DNA of 54,352 bases, filler included, from Squatina squatina (GCA_031763465.1; 2 parts of 2 records of this genome joined end to end with filler, not necessarily neighbours in it), one strand, 5' to 3'; shown: positions 32,680 through 45,906, counted from the whole stretch's first letter. The notes: a model not told the origin generated them from the sequence alone. Numbers and translations: made by a program.

Positions 32680-34599
32680 ATGTCGTTCTTTGCAGAATTA
32701 CAGTACAATATATGCTGAAGCTTTCTGCAGATCAGTTTTTATCTACCAAAGAAAAATATTGTTCATTATAATTTTATCTCAACAAATCTTCCTAGTTTCC
32801 CCTCCCCAATNNNNNNNNNNNNNNNNNNNNNNNNNNNNNNNNNNNNNNNNNNNNNNNNNNNNNNNNNNNNNNNNNNNNNNNNNNNNNNNNNNNNNNNNNN
32901 NNNNNNNNNNCGTTAACAGCACCGCACCTGGTAGCAAACTCATTTGCAACCTGTTAGGAGGTGCAAAGGCGCCCAATTTCTCCCCCAAAGGGTATCCACT
33001 CCAGAGCAATGCAGTCGCCCTGCTTACCTCGCATCAGTTTTGGTAATGAGTTCAAAGTTCGCTTCTGTAGGTGAGCTTCACTTCATCCACATGAAACACC
33101 TCATTTTGAAGGACTACTTGGAGACTAAACTTCATCCAAAGTGCTCCGGTTGCTCACTGTTTGAGATAAACCATTGCAAAATAGGTATATCAATATAGTA
33201 CACTTGACAGTTTTTAGTATTCCACTGTATTGTGTTTCTCCAATTATATCATCCGCAAAAAAAAATCAATAGTTTTATTCTTTATGTATTGCTCTGATTG
33301 TGATTTTTTTTTTGCCTTGTGGAATAGTGGGGAAATGCCATGGTACAAATAAGGAAACAAGTCTTTCTTCATTACTGACTCTGCTTGTGGAAGCTACCAT
33401 TCAGTTATGAACATGAGAGCAGATGTTTGGAAAATGCCTGAACCACAGAAGTATCATTATAGTAATGGATGCAAAATTATACCAGGTGAAGTAAGCAGCA
33501 GGAAGGGTACCCAAGGTTAAAGATCTCCCCACAACCAGGCCAGTATTTCCAATGACACCATTTAATGTAATNNNNNNNNNNTAATGTAATGGTTGCTTGT
33601 CATAAGTGTTTTGTGAAGATTTTATAAATATGTGTGAATTACTTTTTTAAAAATTAGTAAAGTTGGCCATGAGATCTTGACAAGACAATATTGGTAACTG
33701 CTGTATAATTTCAAAATTATCACAATAGTAATTATGTTTAATGATTGCTATTACTACAACTATATTTCAAAGATAATTGTGTAAATTAATATAATAATAT
33801 GCATTTATGAAAGATATATGTATAGTAAAGAGCTTGATTAATATAAAAATATTTTAACAGGGAAAATTAGGTGAAACCATTGATAAATATTGTGATACGA
33901 ACACTGAAAAATACTTTTGAGTATGAGATTGTTGACACATGTCTGGTTTTTCTACCCCTGCTCCGGAAGATTGGTGTATTACTTCTGAGCAGATGGCGCT
34001 GGGATTGTGAAGGATTTAATCCAGATAGAGCAGATTCCTCTATCAGCTATGTCTCTCTACTCTTCTCTGCCTTATAATATCAGACAGAATCTGACCAACT
34101 TCAGTGGATCTCTTTTCATCAGCAATAAAACTCGAGACTGTGGCGATGGACATAACAATATTCCAGGTAAGGCGCATTTAGCAGAAACTGCAGGCTTAGC
34201 CTTGTAATTCCTGAACACAAAAAGCAATAACTCGAAGAACATGACAGGCTTACAGAGAGAGCTCCCTTACACAGTGCTAGCGATAACCCAAAGACCTACA
34301 AACACTACAGACTTTAACAGGGAGCTCCCACATAACATTGGCAATAATCCAAAAACCTACTAACTGCATATGCTTACGCAGGAAGATACAATACCATCAA
34401 TAACTCGGAGTGAATCGAATATAGGGAACTCCCATATATAGTAATAGAAATAGCAACCCAAAGTTATAAAGGATGATATAGGACTGGTAAAAGCCAGTAN
34501 NNNNNNNNNNNNNNNNNNNNNNNNNNNNNNNNNNNNNNNNNNNNNNNNNNNNNNNNNNNNNNNNNNNNNNNNNNNNNNNNNNNNNNNNNNNNNNNNNNN

Positions 34600-34745
34600 C
34601 ACAGATTGACAGGATACAGCTGGGCAGAGGCTGTAAAATATTACAGCCAGGCCCATTCCCGTGGCCCTCATTTTCACACATGGTATTCTGAACGCCAGTG
34701 AGCCCCATTCCAGCGAAAAGATCCCCTGGCACAAGTGATTTCCAC
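34600..34745 (-). CDS. Candidate exon (partial) of an unidentified gene
   Basis: cacacttacAG|G TGG; open as WKSLVPGDLFAGMGLTGVQNTMC... to the gap; phase-compatible with the exon at 35151-35385. Confidence 0.3.
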
Positions 34746-35150
34746 CTGTAAGTGTGACTGTGAACAGGTAACAATGTAAATTATTCATGTCAGACAATGT
34801 GTCAGCAAGGACAGAGATTCCTGTTGCTTGGAGTCCCAGGTGTAATTAGATAGTGGCCACCGAAATGTGCCCATTGCTAGACATTAAACACGGATGCAGC
34901 ATGAGGCCAGTATCACCAGACTGGATTACTCAATTGGCAGACCTGAGTTATACAGTCATCATATCTCCCAATAAACTTACTGGCAATGGAGTTCTGTGTG
35001 TGCATCTTCCCCTGTTATGGTAGAAAGAACAGGATCATCCACTTTCTCATACTGAAACATTGGTAACAGTAAGGTTATAAAATCTCCAGGAGATCCCATG
35101 AGTTTGGTATTAAACTGCACCAGGTTCAAACTCCTGGCAATTGCACACAC

Positions 35151-35385
35151 CTGGTCTCGGTTCTCGGTTTCAGCCGTATCATATTACTGAGTGATGGCCG
35201 GGACCATTTGTGGGGAAGGGAGTTGGGAGAGAGGGTCACTGCAAGGGGTTCCTGTGCACTTCCAACAGCCAGCCGTAGAGCAACGTTGGTTGAAGGCTGG
35301 GGCAGTCTGTCCTCTCCGATTGGTGGGGGTTGTCGGGGAGGTGGAACATACAGGGGTGGTTGATGCTTCTGAAGTGACGTGATAC
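35151..35385 (-). CDS. Candidate proline-rich exon of an unidentified gene
   Basis: tcttgtatcAG|GT ATC...GAGACCAG|GTgtgt; ITSLQKHQPPLYVPPPRQPPPIGEDRLPQP...RLKPRTETR. Confidence 0.4.
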
Positions 35386-35789
35386 CTGATACAAGAACAT
35401 TGACCCGAGAGTTCAAAATGAGGGGTGTCACAGAGACTGATGTTCACTAGAAGTGAACGGGGATGGAGTTTTGTAGAAAATGTTGTACACAGGCTGAGAG
35501 TTTTTAATGTAAGTAATGCAACGCTTTTCTTCAACAGCGTATCACAGAATTGGGTGTTTCCAGCTTTCCAGTTTTCTCTTTCCTGTTTTGTATCTGGTGC
35601 ACTGTTGGAAACTTGAGTGCAACATAGCTCTTTGTTTTTGCACCATGGCGACTAACTACTAAAGATTTTCTGATGTATATTCACGATTACAGGAAGTTTC
35701 ACAGGGCTGTATAGGTGACGATGTGACCCACAGTAATTAAGGGGTCTCCATAAGATACCGCAGCTTAGAGTGAAACTAGGATAGCATTA

Positions 35790-36182
35790 CCAGACTGTTG
35801 GCATCTTATTTGATCCTGAGATGAGCTTCCAAGACATCTGCTCCATGACCACGACCACCTACTTCCACCTCCATAACATTGCTCGACTCCGCCTCTGCCT
35901 CAGCTCATCAGAAACCCTCACCATGGCTTCGTTACCTCCAGACTAAGACTATTCCAACGTTAGCCTGGCTGACCTCCCATCTTCCACCCTTTGTAAACTT
36001 GAACTCATCCAAAACTTGGCTGCCCGTATCCTCAGTCATACCAAGTCCTGTTCGCCCATCACCCCTGCGCTCACTGACCCACGTTGGCTCCTGGTTAAAC
36101 AATGCCTCTGTTTAAAAATTCTCATCCTTGTTTTCAAATCCCTCCATGGCCTCGCCCCACCCAATCTCTGTAACCTCCTCCA
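35790..36182 (+). mobile_element. L2 LINE ORF2 C-terminal fragment
   Basis: LELIQN.AARIL...SPITPAL..W...LKILILVFKSLHGLAPPNLCNLL. Confidence 0.88.
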
Positions 36183-36689
36183 NNNNNNNNNNNNNNNNNN
36201 NNNNNNNNNNNNNNNNNNNNNNNNNNNNNNNNNNNNNNNNNNNNNNNNNNNNNNNNNNNNNNNNNNNNNNNNNNNNNNNNNNGAGGACAACCTTATATAA
36301 AAAAAAACAGGGATTAACTAAGATGTGTAGAAAGCAGTGAGATACCTGGGCAATGAGATTTGATGGGCTGTGTTTTAATTGAGCTCCAAAATATATCTGT
36401 ACTGTAAAAGAGTTTAATCTCCACAAGATCTGCTAAGTTCTTTAAACACTGCCTGTTCGTCCTCATTGGTGAAGTAAAGGTTAAATCTTTCTTTCAGCCC
36501 ACCAGTAATTCCACAGTTTATTCAGTTGCATATTTCCATAGCTATGCACTGATCTCGCTGCTCACCAATGTTGGGTATTTCCTGTCATGGTAGTGGGCAT
36601 GTTGTGGGCAGCACTGAGCTCCCATTGTACTCGCATTTGGGAGCTCGTTTAAATATAATAAAAGGCTCGCAACCTGCAGCACTGAAAAC

Positions 36690-36860
36690 TGAAATACTGC
36701 GGATGCTGCGAATCTGAGGCAAAAACAGAAAATGCTGGAAACGTTCGGCAAGTCGGGCCAGCAGCTGATAAGAAAAGGAAAATGTTGACATTTCAGGCAT
36801 AGTCCCTCATCAGAACTGGAAGGTGCTACAGGTGAACAGCTTATAAGAAGGAACAAAGTG
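36690..36860 (-). mobile_element. Penelope-like element terminal-repeat fragment
   Basis: aaatactgcggatgctgcgaatctga...aaaacagaaaatgctggaa...gttgacatttcagg...tcatcagaactgg, a pattern I recognise from fish/shark Penelope termini. Confidence 0.65.
36784..36816 (-). ncRNA. Minimal type I hammerhead ribozyme motif (degenerate)
   Basis: Minus strand reads GUU-CUGAUGA-GGG acuaug CCU-GAAA-U-GUC-AAC: both core boxes, stem II, a GUC cleavage triplet and stem I (GUU/AAC). Confidence 0.55.
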
Positions 36861-37839
36861 AGGGAAAGGGGGTTGCTCTTCTCACACCCGGGATGCAATG
36901 CAAAAACAGTTTTTGTACACATGAAGCGTACATCAATAAAGTGAGTCTGTCATCATCACTCGTGCATGCTAGTACAGTAATGTTGAAGTGTCCTTGCACA
37001 CAGGACTATCTACATTAATAGGTGGAGACTTCAAATCTGGCCATGAAGCTCCAATTACCCCTCCCCCCCCACCCGCCGGCGTGCACAATTTACGCACAAT
37101 TGAATGTTTAGCCCAGCAAGTTTTACAAATTTGCACTTTTGGCATGGATCTCCTGTATCAAAAATCCTGCAGAACTGAATGACCTCTGCACCCAAATCCA
37201 CAATAGGGCGATTCCAGGTCCCCAGTGGGGCACCATGCTCATGAGGAGAACTTCATTTTATATCCATTCATTTTGTTAATGGCGGGCAAATCACAGGCTG
37301 CCTGCCCATGATTTCCCACAATGCACTGCCTGCAAAGTCCTAGGTGTGCAGGATTATTGAATTGACCCTAATATCTGCTCATTCCATGCCGAGAGCACAA
37401 AGTCATAACATTTACCCTTCAGCGTTAAATTGCGAGCAGCTTTGTATATTGGTTCCACACCCACCAGGATCTGAGCTGAAACTGTCTAACCTCATTTCAT
37501 GGAGAACCCATATAGTTAGGAGGCAGAGGAAATTTTATTCCAGTCGTCTGAACGAGATGTAAATTCAGTTCATAGAGGTGATAGGAGATGCTCTGACCCA
37601 TTATGCCACACAGTTCGCAGCAAGTCAAACCAGGAGTGTTATGGTGCCATTGAGGGTTGTGCTGAATTATTTGCTCTATTATAGCATAAATCTGTGCGTG
37701 ACAGGAATACATATACTGAAAATTTAGTACAGAGGTCATTGCGCCTTGTATGATTTTCCACCTATTGGCATTGGTAAAATTTGCCTCATAATGTCATGAT
37801 ATTTGCTAATTAATGATACTTGTAAAATCAAGAGATAAT

Positions 37840-38168
37840 GGGGGTGAAATTCGGCATGGATCGAAATTGGAGCGCGCCTCCAGCAAAATTCGCGAGAGGA
37901 ATTAAACTTTCGCACCTCCGCGGCGAGGCGAGATCAAGTTGGCGCCTCCGATGACGTCATCAGTGCGTGCGGCGCCTCGTTGGCGCCCCGTTTCAAAATT
38001 CCCCAAACTTTGCGCTTAATGAGTCCTCCCAAATACAACGCCTACAACAGTTGTTGTTCCACTTTTCTGACGGCTCCAGCCGCCATCTTGTTGTAGGCAC
38101 TGAACATCGGGGACTGAGATTTACATTCCAACGACTGCAGGGCCATTACCCAATGGCCATCAATTGCC
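37840..38168. mobile_element. End of a CpG-rich Harbinger-like MITE
   Basis: GGGGGTGAAATTCGGC terminus followed by an abrupt CpG-rich body. Confidence 0.5.
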
Positions 38169-39102
38169 NNNNNNNNNNNNNNNNNNNNNNNNNNNNNNNN
38201 NNNNNNNNNNNNNNNNNNNNNNNNNNNNNNNNNNNNNNNNNNNNNNNNNNNNNNNNNNNNNNNNNNNNATCTAACTCAGTCTGAGGGAGGATAACAATCA
38301 GTAACTGCTGGAGCAGATCGTGAGATGGAACATGACAAGAATGCAGCCTTGTTTTTTCCTCTGTAATGTTTCCCAGCTGTGCAGTATGCAGAGTGAAACC
38401 TTCGTGTTATTTGGTTGCTCACCTGCTTTGTTCTGGCGATTCCTTTTTCTCTTTTGCCTAAAAAAAACTTTGCTGTAAAAGTATGGTTGGGGTTTATTTA
38501 ACATCGGACAGTCGAAGTTAGTGGCTAAAACAGAGCTTCTCTGAGCCCTTACGGACAGGAACTAGACTCAACACCTCGCCTTATTTCTGGTGTAGTGAAG
38601 ACGGACTAAAGCTCAAATTTAAGGCTCCTTTGACAGGTACGCTTCATTTATTGAAGATCATTGTGATTCTCCTGGTGCAAGGACAGTGAGGGCAAAATTG
38701 TGTGAGCGAGGTCAGGCTGGGAGTGGGTAGAATGGAGGGCGAGTGTGTGTTTATTGGGCGCTGTGCCCAGACCAAGCGTTAAACTCGGATGAACAGCATC
38801 AAAGCGCTGCTGCTTCCCTTGCGCTTCCAGCTTTGAAGCTACGATGCTTTGTTCTGCTTCTCAATGGCGTGATGATATCATCGAGTCTTCAGCTCGAAAC
38901 TGCTTCCTGGAGAATGGATACAATGTGTTGCAGCTGACTGGCGATGTCCAGGATCCTGCTTGGTCTGTTGAAAGAAAATGTTCAGCTAATTTCTATTTGT
39001 ACTCTGCATATAGTGGAAACCCATGTGTACAATGCTCAGGTTTGTAAGCTTTTTTTTTCTCTGTGAACTGACTCCATTACAGTAATTTGTATTCACCTCT
39101 TG

Positions 39103-39705
39103 GAATCATAGAATTCTTACAGCGCAGGAGGCCATTCATCCCGTCGAGCCCGTGCTGGCTCTCCACAAGAGCACCTCCGCTCGTCCTACTCCCCGCCCTT
39201 TCCCTGTAGCCCTGCAATTATTTTCCTTCAGATCATAACCACTCGCTGCGTTAATAAAGTTTTTCCTCATGTCACCTTTGATTCTTCTGTCAATCACCTT
39301 AAATCCATGTCCTCTGGTTCGCGACCCTTCTGCCAATGGGAACAGTTTCTCTCTATCTACTCTGTCTAGACCTCTCATGATTTTGAACAGCTCTGTCAAA
39401 CCTCCTCTCAACCTTCTCCGCTCTGAGGAGAACCACCTCATCTTCTCTAGTCTATCCACTTAACTGAAGTCCCTCATCCCTGGAATCATTCTCGTAAATC
39501 TTTTCTGCACCCTCTGAGGCCTTCACATCCTTCCTAAAGTGCGGTGCCCAGAATTGGACACAATACTGCAGTTGAAGCCGAACCGGTGTTTTATAAAGGT
39601 TCAACATAACTTCCTTGCTTTTTGTACTCTGTGCCTCTATATATGAAGCCCAGGACCCTGTGTACTTTTTTAACCGCTTTCTCAACCTGCCCTGCCACCT
39701 CTGAT
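39103..39705 (-). mobile_element. CR1 LINE 3' ~600 bp
   Basis: EVMLNLYKT.VR..LQYCVQFWAPHFRKDV and RRRLRGGLTELFKIMRGLDRVDREKLFP motifs. Confidence 0.92.
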
Positions 39706-40677
39706 TTTCTTCCACTCTCCAGCATATCTTGCTGTTTATAATAGATCATCTGATTTTGAGGTTTTCTTTTCTTTTCCCTGCATTCGGGTGAAAACATTTG
39801 GGTTGAATCAGCTGTGCACAAACCTGTGCTTGTACACGTTAAAATTAAAGCAAAATCCTTGTAATCAATAAAAAGGTTAAATTAGCAAACTGGACTCCAA
39901 AGGATCAGATACACAGCAGCTTCCAGCCAAACATTTTTGGAGCAAACAGATGGAATACTTGTATGTAAATAAATATTTGTAGCTGTTGTCACAAAGCTAA
40001 ATACTAAATGGAGCTACTGTACATTTTTATTTGCATCCTCAGTGCCATGTGGAATTTTGTTCTATCTGTACATTTTAAACCTGCCAAATAAATTGAGTAC
40101 AATAAGAATATAATATTTGCAAAGTTCCATTAAAAATTTTGGTCTGCAGAATCTTATTTCAATAATTATCCTAGCTAATGAGCTAACAAAAATGAATGAC
40201 AGTCTGATTTTTTTTTAATTTAAAGGACAATTTAGGATTTATATTGATTAATTGCTAAGGGGCTGAATGGTAGCCTACAGTATCCAAATAACCAACACTG
40301 CTAATTGTACAAATGTCAGACTATTTATGACTAATAATTCTAAAATTGTTAGAAACCACACCATAGACACATATGCAGATGATTTATAATTGATAAAATA
40401 GTACTATTTAGGTTAGATTCACCATTAGTGTTCTGCTTCAGAGCCCAGGAAGTCAGGTATCATTTCCTGTGATTGCCCGGAAGCAATTTGTGTATTGAAA
40501 CAACAAACACCTGTGATTGTTTAAAAATCTTGCATCGATAAGAATACAAATCACTTTGTCATTAAAATAGTAAGTTGTTTTGCCTTTTTTATTACAATAG
40601 TTGTGTATTAATATATTAAAATGAATATATAATGAATATCTATGTGGCTATCTTACACTTGGTATTATTTATTATAA

Positions 40678-41290
40678 GTTTGGCTCATTTGGTAGACCTC
40701 TTGCCTGCATTCAAGTTCCAGTTTGTGACTTGAGCAGATTGATCTAGCCTAACACTCCATGTAACTCATGTTACTGATATGATACCACAGATTTTCCACT
40801 TGCAGTACCTGAACTTTAAGAATCATCTGGGAATGGCACACAGAGGAAAACCTGGGTGGGGAGGATTGCACACCCACAATGGAGCCTGCCTTGTTTTCTG
40901 TCAATTAAATCAGGCTCCTTTATTGCGCTCAGGCAATCCTTTACACTCAAGCACAATAAGAGGGAAATGTGCGCTGACCTCTTTTGGATGAGATGTTATG
41001 CCGAGACCCTGTTTGCTTGTTCAGATGGATGCTAAAGGTTCCATGGTGCTATTTTGAAGAGAAGCAGGGAATTATCCTCCTCCAAATTTTTCTCCACTGT
41101 TCATAGAATCATAGAATAGTACAGCACAGGAGGAGGTAATTTGGCCTATTGAGTCTGTGCCAGCTCTTTGAAAGAGCAATCCAGTTAGTCCCACTCCCCT
41201 GCTCTTTCCCCGTATCCCTGTCATTTTTTCTCCTTCAAGTATTTATCCAATTCCCTTTTGACGGCTACTATAGAATCTGGATCGACCACC
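40678..41290. mobile_element. Diverged Deu-SINE pieces (+) followed by a CR1 3' end (-)
   Basis: ggatgagatgttatgccgagacc...ccatggtgctattttgaagag, then catagaatcatagaatagtacagcacaggagg. Confidence 0.7.
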
Positions 41291-41520
41291 CTATCAGTTC
41301 ATTTGATTTTGTGGCATTAACATGGACANNNNNNNNNNNNNNNNNNNNNNNNNNNNNNNNNNNNNNNNNNNNNNNNNNNNNNNNNNNNNNNNNNNNNNNN
41401 NNNNNNNNNNNNNNNNNNNNNNNNNNNNTGAAAAACAATTAATTTTCTCTCTTTTTGCAGGACTTAACTCTTCAGTATTACGTCGTGCAGGATGGTGGAT
41501 GCCTAAAATAGAAGACTGTC

Positions 41521-43469
41521 ATGGCAACGTGGGTGGAGGGGAAACCTGCCCCACCGCCAAAGAATACCTTGAGTGATGTGAATGATATTGTAAACGAGAC
41601 TAAGTCTCCGTGGAACCGCATAAGCCCTCTTTCAGACGCAAGCAATAAAGCACTTGAACCAACACCTCCAATTTCTCCCCATATATTTGATAATGACAGC
41701 AAACTGAATTATAATTTGCGTTCAGTAACCAAGCCCGTAACAGGACCAAAACCAAGACTTTCTCCACGACCATTTACTTTGGAAAAGCCATCAGTGCCAT
41801 ACACGTCACCAGGGACCACACAAGCACCTCTCACCGCCCCTAAGCCTATAAGTGTTGCTTCTAAGATAACACCATCAGGGAAGCTGACTGTAGGCACAGG
41901 CGATGCAAAAGCAAGCTTCAGACACACAGAGTCAAAACATGCACCAAGTGGGACTGTTTTGTCAGTATTGTCTTCCTTTGCCCAAAAGTCTTCAATAGAA
42001 TCTGACAATACCAGTTGGATTAAGGCAGGTGAATCTCAGGACGGTGAGAAGTTGCTCAACTTGCATTCAACACCAAATCATTGCAATGCCGCAGTTTCCT
42101 CTTCAACCGTGGCATTGAATTCTGAAAGAGTGACAGAAGAGAAGTGTGAACATTCCGAAACAAAACCAACTACATTGGTTATTTCAGAAACTTCTGTTCA
42201 GAAGTTAAAATCAAAGAAGTCCAGTGAAGGTGATAAAGATATTGGGAAATGGACAAGCAGGGACAGCTCACCGGATCAAGAGTTGCAAGGGACTATGAAA
42301 CCTTTTGTGTTGTCTAAGCCATCCATTCATTCCAGGAAATACAGCCCAAGTGCCACCCAAGGGTTCGGGACATCAAAACCTGCATCGCTCTTGAGAATTA
42401 CTTCATTGGGCATTTTAGGAAAATGGGACCAGGTTACAGAGGAAGGTAAAGACAAAACAGACAAAGAAAAGGATAGTGCTGAAAGCCCACCTTCGCCCAG
42501 GGTTCAGTTAAGAAAATCTAGGCTATTATCTGCTTGGCTTCCTGGAACCACGGTTGACCAGAAATCAGAGTCGTCTTCAGAAACCACAATAAATCCCGAT
42601 GAAAAGGCTTCTACCCCTGACAAACCTTGGCTTAAGAAACCCAGGCCTTTATCAATGGGCCTCACAGCCAAGTTTGAAGCCTCTGCTCACAAGAGAAATG
42701 TTCCCCCAACAGAGGATAGTAAAGAAAATGTCCCCATTATTAAAGCCGCTAGCGCTCTGCCCTCGGAGACCAGACGCGATGCAACAGTTCAACAGGAAGA
42801 GTCTGCAGCAGAGGCAGTAAAGTGTTGGTCTCCAACTTCTCCAAATGACGACGAAGACGAGACAAAAAGTTACTTGTTTGTTGCTAAAAAGAAATTCAAC
42901 AACAGCCCAAAGATGGATATCAGTAAGAAAGATGTCAAGACGCCCACATTGTATGAGAGAGATAATAAAGAGAAAATTACTTCCCCAGAAAGAAAGATTC
43001 CATGCAAAAATGACCCAAATGACACCAAAACCACTGCCAGTCAAGGGGAAGAGGAAAAGGGAGACAGAATACCGACTACCTCATTAAAAACTGAAAAAGA
43101 GAAATTGGGAACTGACCAAGAGCGACTTAAGAGTTGGGCACATAAGGAATTGGATAAAGAATGTTCTGATCGGGAGCGAGCTTCAGATGACGAAAACCCT
43201 TTAGGCTCCAATGATCGAGGAAATAAAGTGCCAGTTTCTGGCGGAATAATCAAGAGACGCATCAGCCTCCTCTTAGATTCCGCCAGTAGTAGCACAGCAA
43301 AAACGGATTCTCCACAGGCTACCGCTGTGAAGGAAAAGATAAACATTCGTGTCAGACAACGAATCCAAAGCTTTAGTTCAGGGGACAAGGATTCCAACTG
43401 GGAACAACTCCAAACCTCCCAAAGACGACTGTACCAATTGAGGCCTCTGTCTTCAGATATGACAAAAAG
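41521..43469 (+). CDS. KIAA1671: KIAA1671 first large coding exon (exon begins at 41461)
   Basis: 1949-nt open frame; MATWVE start, PRLSPRPF, TPDKPWLKKPRPLSMGLTAKFE, IKRRISL, VRQRI and RPLSSDMTKR match KIAA1671 conserved blocks; donor AAAG|GTgtgt. Confidence 0.88.
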
Positions 43470-44379
43470 GTGTGTTGAGTTTTAATTCTTTTAAATGTTT
43501 AGTTTTAAATGAAGACTTTTTTTTTAAATTGCACCTCGTAGCATTCACTTGTTTTCCAGTCAAGAGGCTTGCCACGTCTGAATAAATACTTGAATGGCTG
43601 TGGTAGTAACTGGAATATTCCTGTCAAGGAAAAACAAAAGCAGTACAAGAGAAGATATCAGAGTGTAATTGCCATAATATGCCTACTCTCATCAGGGAGG
43701 GCATCTGATGTTCAGTTAACAATATGCAAGTACCATACTTATGAATTACCACATCTTTTCATCACATCTTTGTGCTTAAGGTGACTTCGACAAGATATAT
43801 CAATGTGGCTCATGAGTGATTTGACAATCATTCACTCACTGCCTTTTCCTCAGGTTGAGAGCGGGAATTTGCTGTGTTGAGAAATCCCAGCCGCAAACAC
43901 ATGCTCTACTGCTCCGTGGCGGGTGTACCAAAGTGGTGCCACCACAACAGTGTTAGTTTAAAAAGAAACCGTGAAAAATATATATTTGTCCTTAACAATA
44001 GAGTACCAAAATATTCAGTACATTTCATTATTGCAATGTGCTAATCATTATGGCAAGCTCTTCACTTTAGTTGTACATTTGTTGGAGTGTGGAAAGTAAA
44101 TTGTTAGCTTAGCTTAAGAATACTTCCTTATTACTGGCATTTAGGAGTGAGGCTACAACATAAAACATTGGAATTATAAATACTACAAAACCGTGAGCCA
44201 CAAGCCTAGAAGTTTGAATTTGTTCCGACAGTGCCATCATAACGGTGTCTTGTGTTGATTTACTAATAGGTGATAGGATATGGTTTTGGCCTGTGACTTG
44301 ACTGGCGAGGTGATGAGTATTTTACCTCTGCGACTATGGGGAGAAGTGCTTTCCTTTTGGAAGTGAAAACTGAGCATGT

Positions 44380-44610
44380 AAGCATAGCAAGGGGAGTATG
44401 TCATTCAGCCTCAAACCTGTTCCACATTTAGATCCTGGCTCATCTGTATCTTAATGCCATTTACCCACCTTGATTCCATATCATAGAACCATAGAATGGT
44501 TACAGCATAGAAGAAGGCCATTCGGCCCGTCGAGCTCGCGCCGGCTCTCTGCAAGAGCACCACAGTTTGCCCCACTCCCCCGCCCTTTCCCTGTAGCCCT
44601 GCAAATTAGT
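44380..44610 (-). mobile_element. CR1 3'-end fragments
   Basis: catagaatggttacagcatagaagaaggccattcggcccgtcgag. Confidence 0.78.
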
Positions 44611-44752
44611 TTATTTTGGATGCTTCTCCAATTATCTTGAGTCTGCCTCCANNNNNNNNNNNNNNNNNNNNNNNNNNNNNNNNNNNNNNNNNNNNNNNNN
44701 NNNNNNNNNNNNNNNNNNNNNNNNNNNNNNNNNNNNNNNNNNNNNNNNNNNG

Positions 44753-45906
44753 AATCAACCACCTCCTGCTGAGAACAGCTCTATTCTGGAGACACCATTG
44801 ACTGCACCGAATTCTGAAATCAACGTAGCTGAGGTGCTGAACGCTGTTCGAAATCAGCAATCTCATATTGAGCTCATGCTAACCACAGCCAAAGCGGATT
44901 CCAATAAAGTTGGAAAGAAACAATTGAAAGCGACTCAGCTCAACTCCTACAGTAGCACAGAAAGATTAACTATTTCAAAAGGTAGCTCCAGAGATTTTGG
45001 ATCGAGAAAATACAATGAAGCTACCAGCCTGGAACTACTGCCCTCTGCTGGGTGCATTGATGTGAAAGATTCAAAGGGCAGTGTTGACGCAGAAGCGGGA
45101 AAAAAAGCAAAAGCGTTGCTGCAAGGCGATGGAACGGTAGAATTTTGTGGGAAGGTCCTTCCAAAGGAAGGGAGGGACAAGAGAAGGAACACAGTTTCTT
45201 TGGAGCCCAGCTCTACAATCTTTACAAGAGATCAGGTCTCTGATTGTTTAACTGAGACTAGTTATGTCAAACACAGATATACATCTGAGCCATTGTCCGC
45301 CTCTGTCAGTCGGCCAGTTGATAGATCTAAAGATGACTTCTTTGAGGAGTACACTAAAAATTATCCCAAAATGTCCACCCCAGAAAAACCTAAAACAACT
45401 CTGTTGTCTGAAGCGTTTCTTGATATGCCGTGGACGAATGGAGAGGGTGCTGCTTCAGAGGAAAGCCACGTAACACCAACTGTGAAACAGTCTAGAATGG
45501 CGAACACTGAGAAGTCAAGAAAGAGCAGGGACACTTTGATCTGTAACAAGCACAATGTAGTAGATGTTGATGCTTTGATGGCAGATTACAGAAAAGAAAC
45601 ATCGAAAAGAAAAAGTGAAGAATCAAAGACTTCTCATTACCATGACAAGAAGGATAGCTACCATTCCAATACTCGTCAAAAAGATTATGAAGAACAGTGC
45701 ACCCAAAAGATGATAAAATCTGCTGATCAGGGCTTTGGAATATCATCCTCTTCAGGTAAAAGTCTAGATACTTCTGATATGCTTAATAAAAAAAGCTTGC
45801 ACTGCAATCGTGTCCTTGACCTAGATGCACTGATGGCCGATTATGCAAAGGGAATATCAAAACCCGGAGACCTTGTACAAAAGACCATCAGTTCAAAGAT
45901 AGCTGA
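44753..45906 (+). CDS. KIAA1671: Part of a second large KIAA1671 exon (open across the whole contig)
   Basis: Uninterrupted ~385-codon frame with repeated VVDVDALMADY / VLDLDALMADY motifs resembling KIAA1671; same strand, downstream of the first exon. Confidence 0.75.

Noticed and set aside
33563-33590. Direct repeat TAATGTAAT flanking a 10-N gap, resembling a TSD
   Set aside because: Most likely an unmerged contig overlap produced by scaffolding.
38889-38964. Possible terminal exon PSRILDIASQLQHIVSILQEAVSS* on the minus strand
   Set aside because: All three frames are similarly open after the acceptor and no homolog is recognised; insufficient support.
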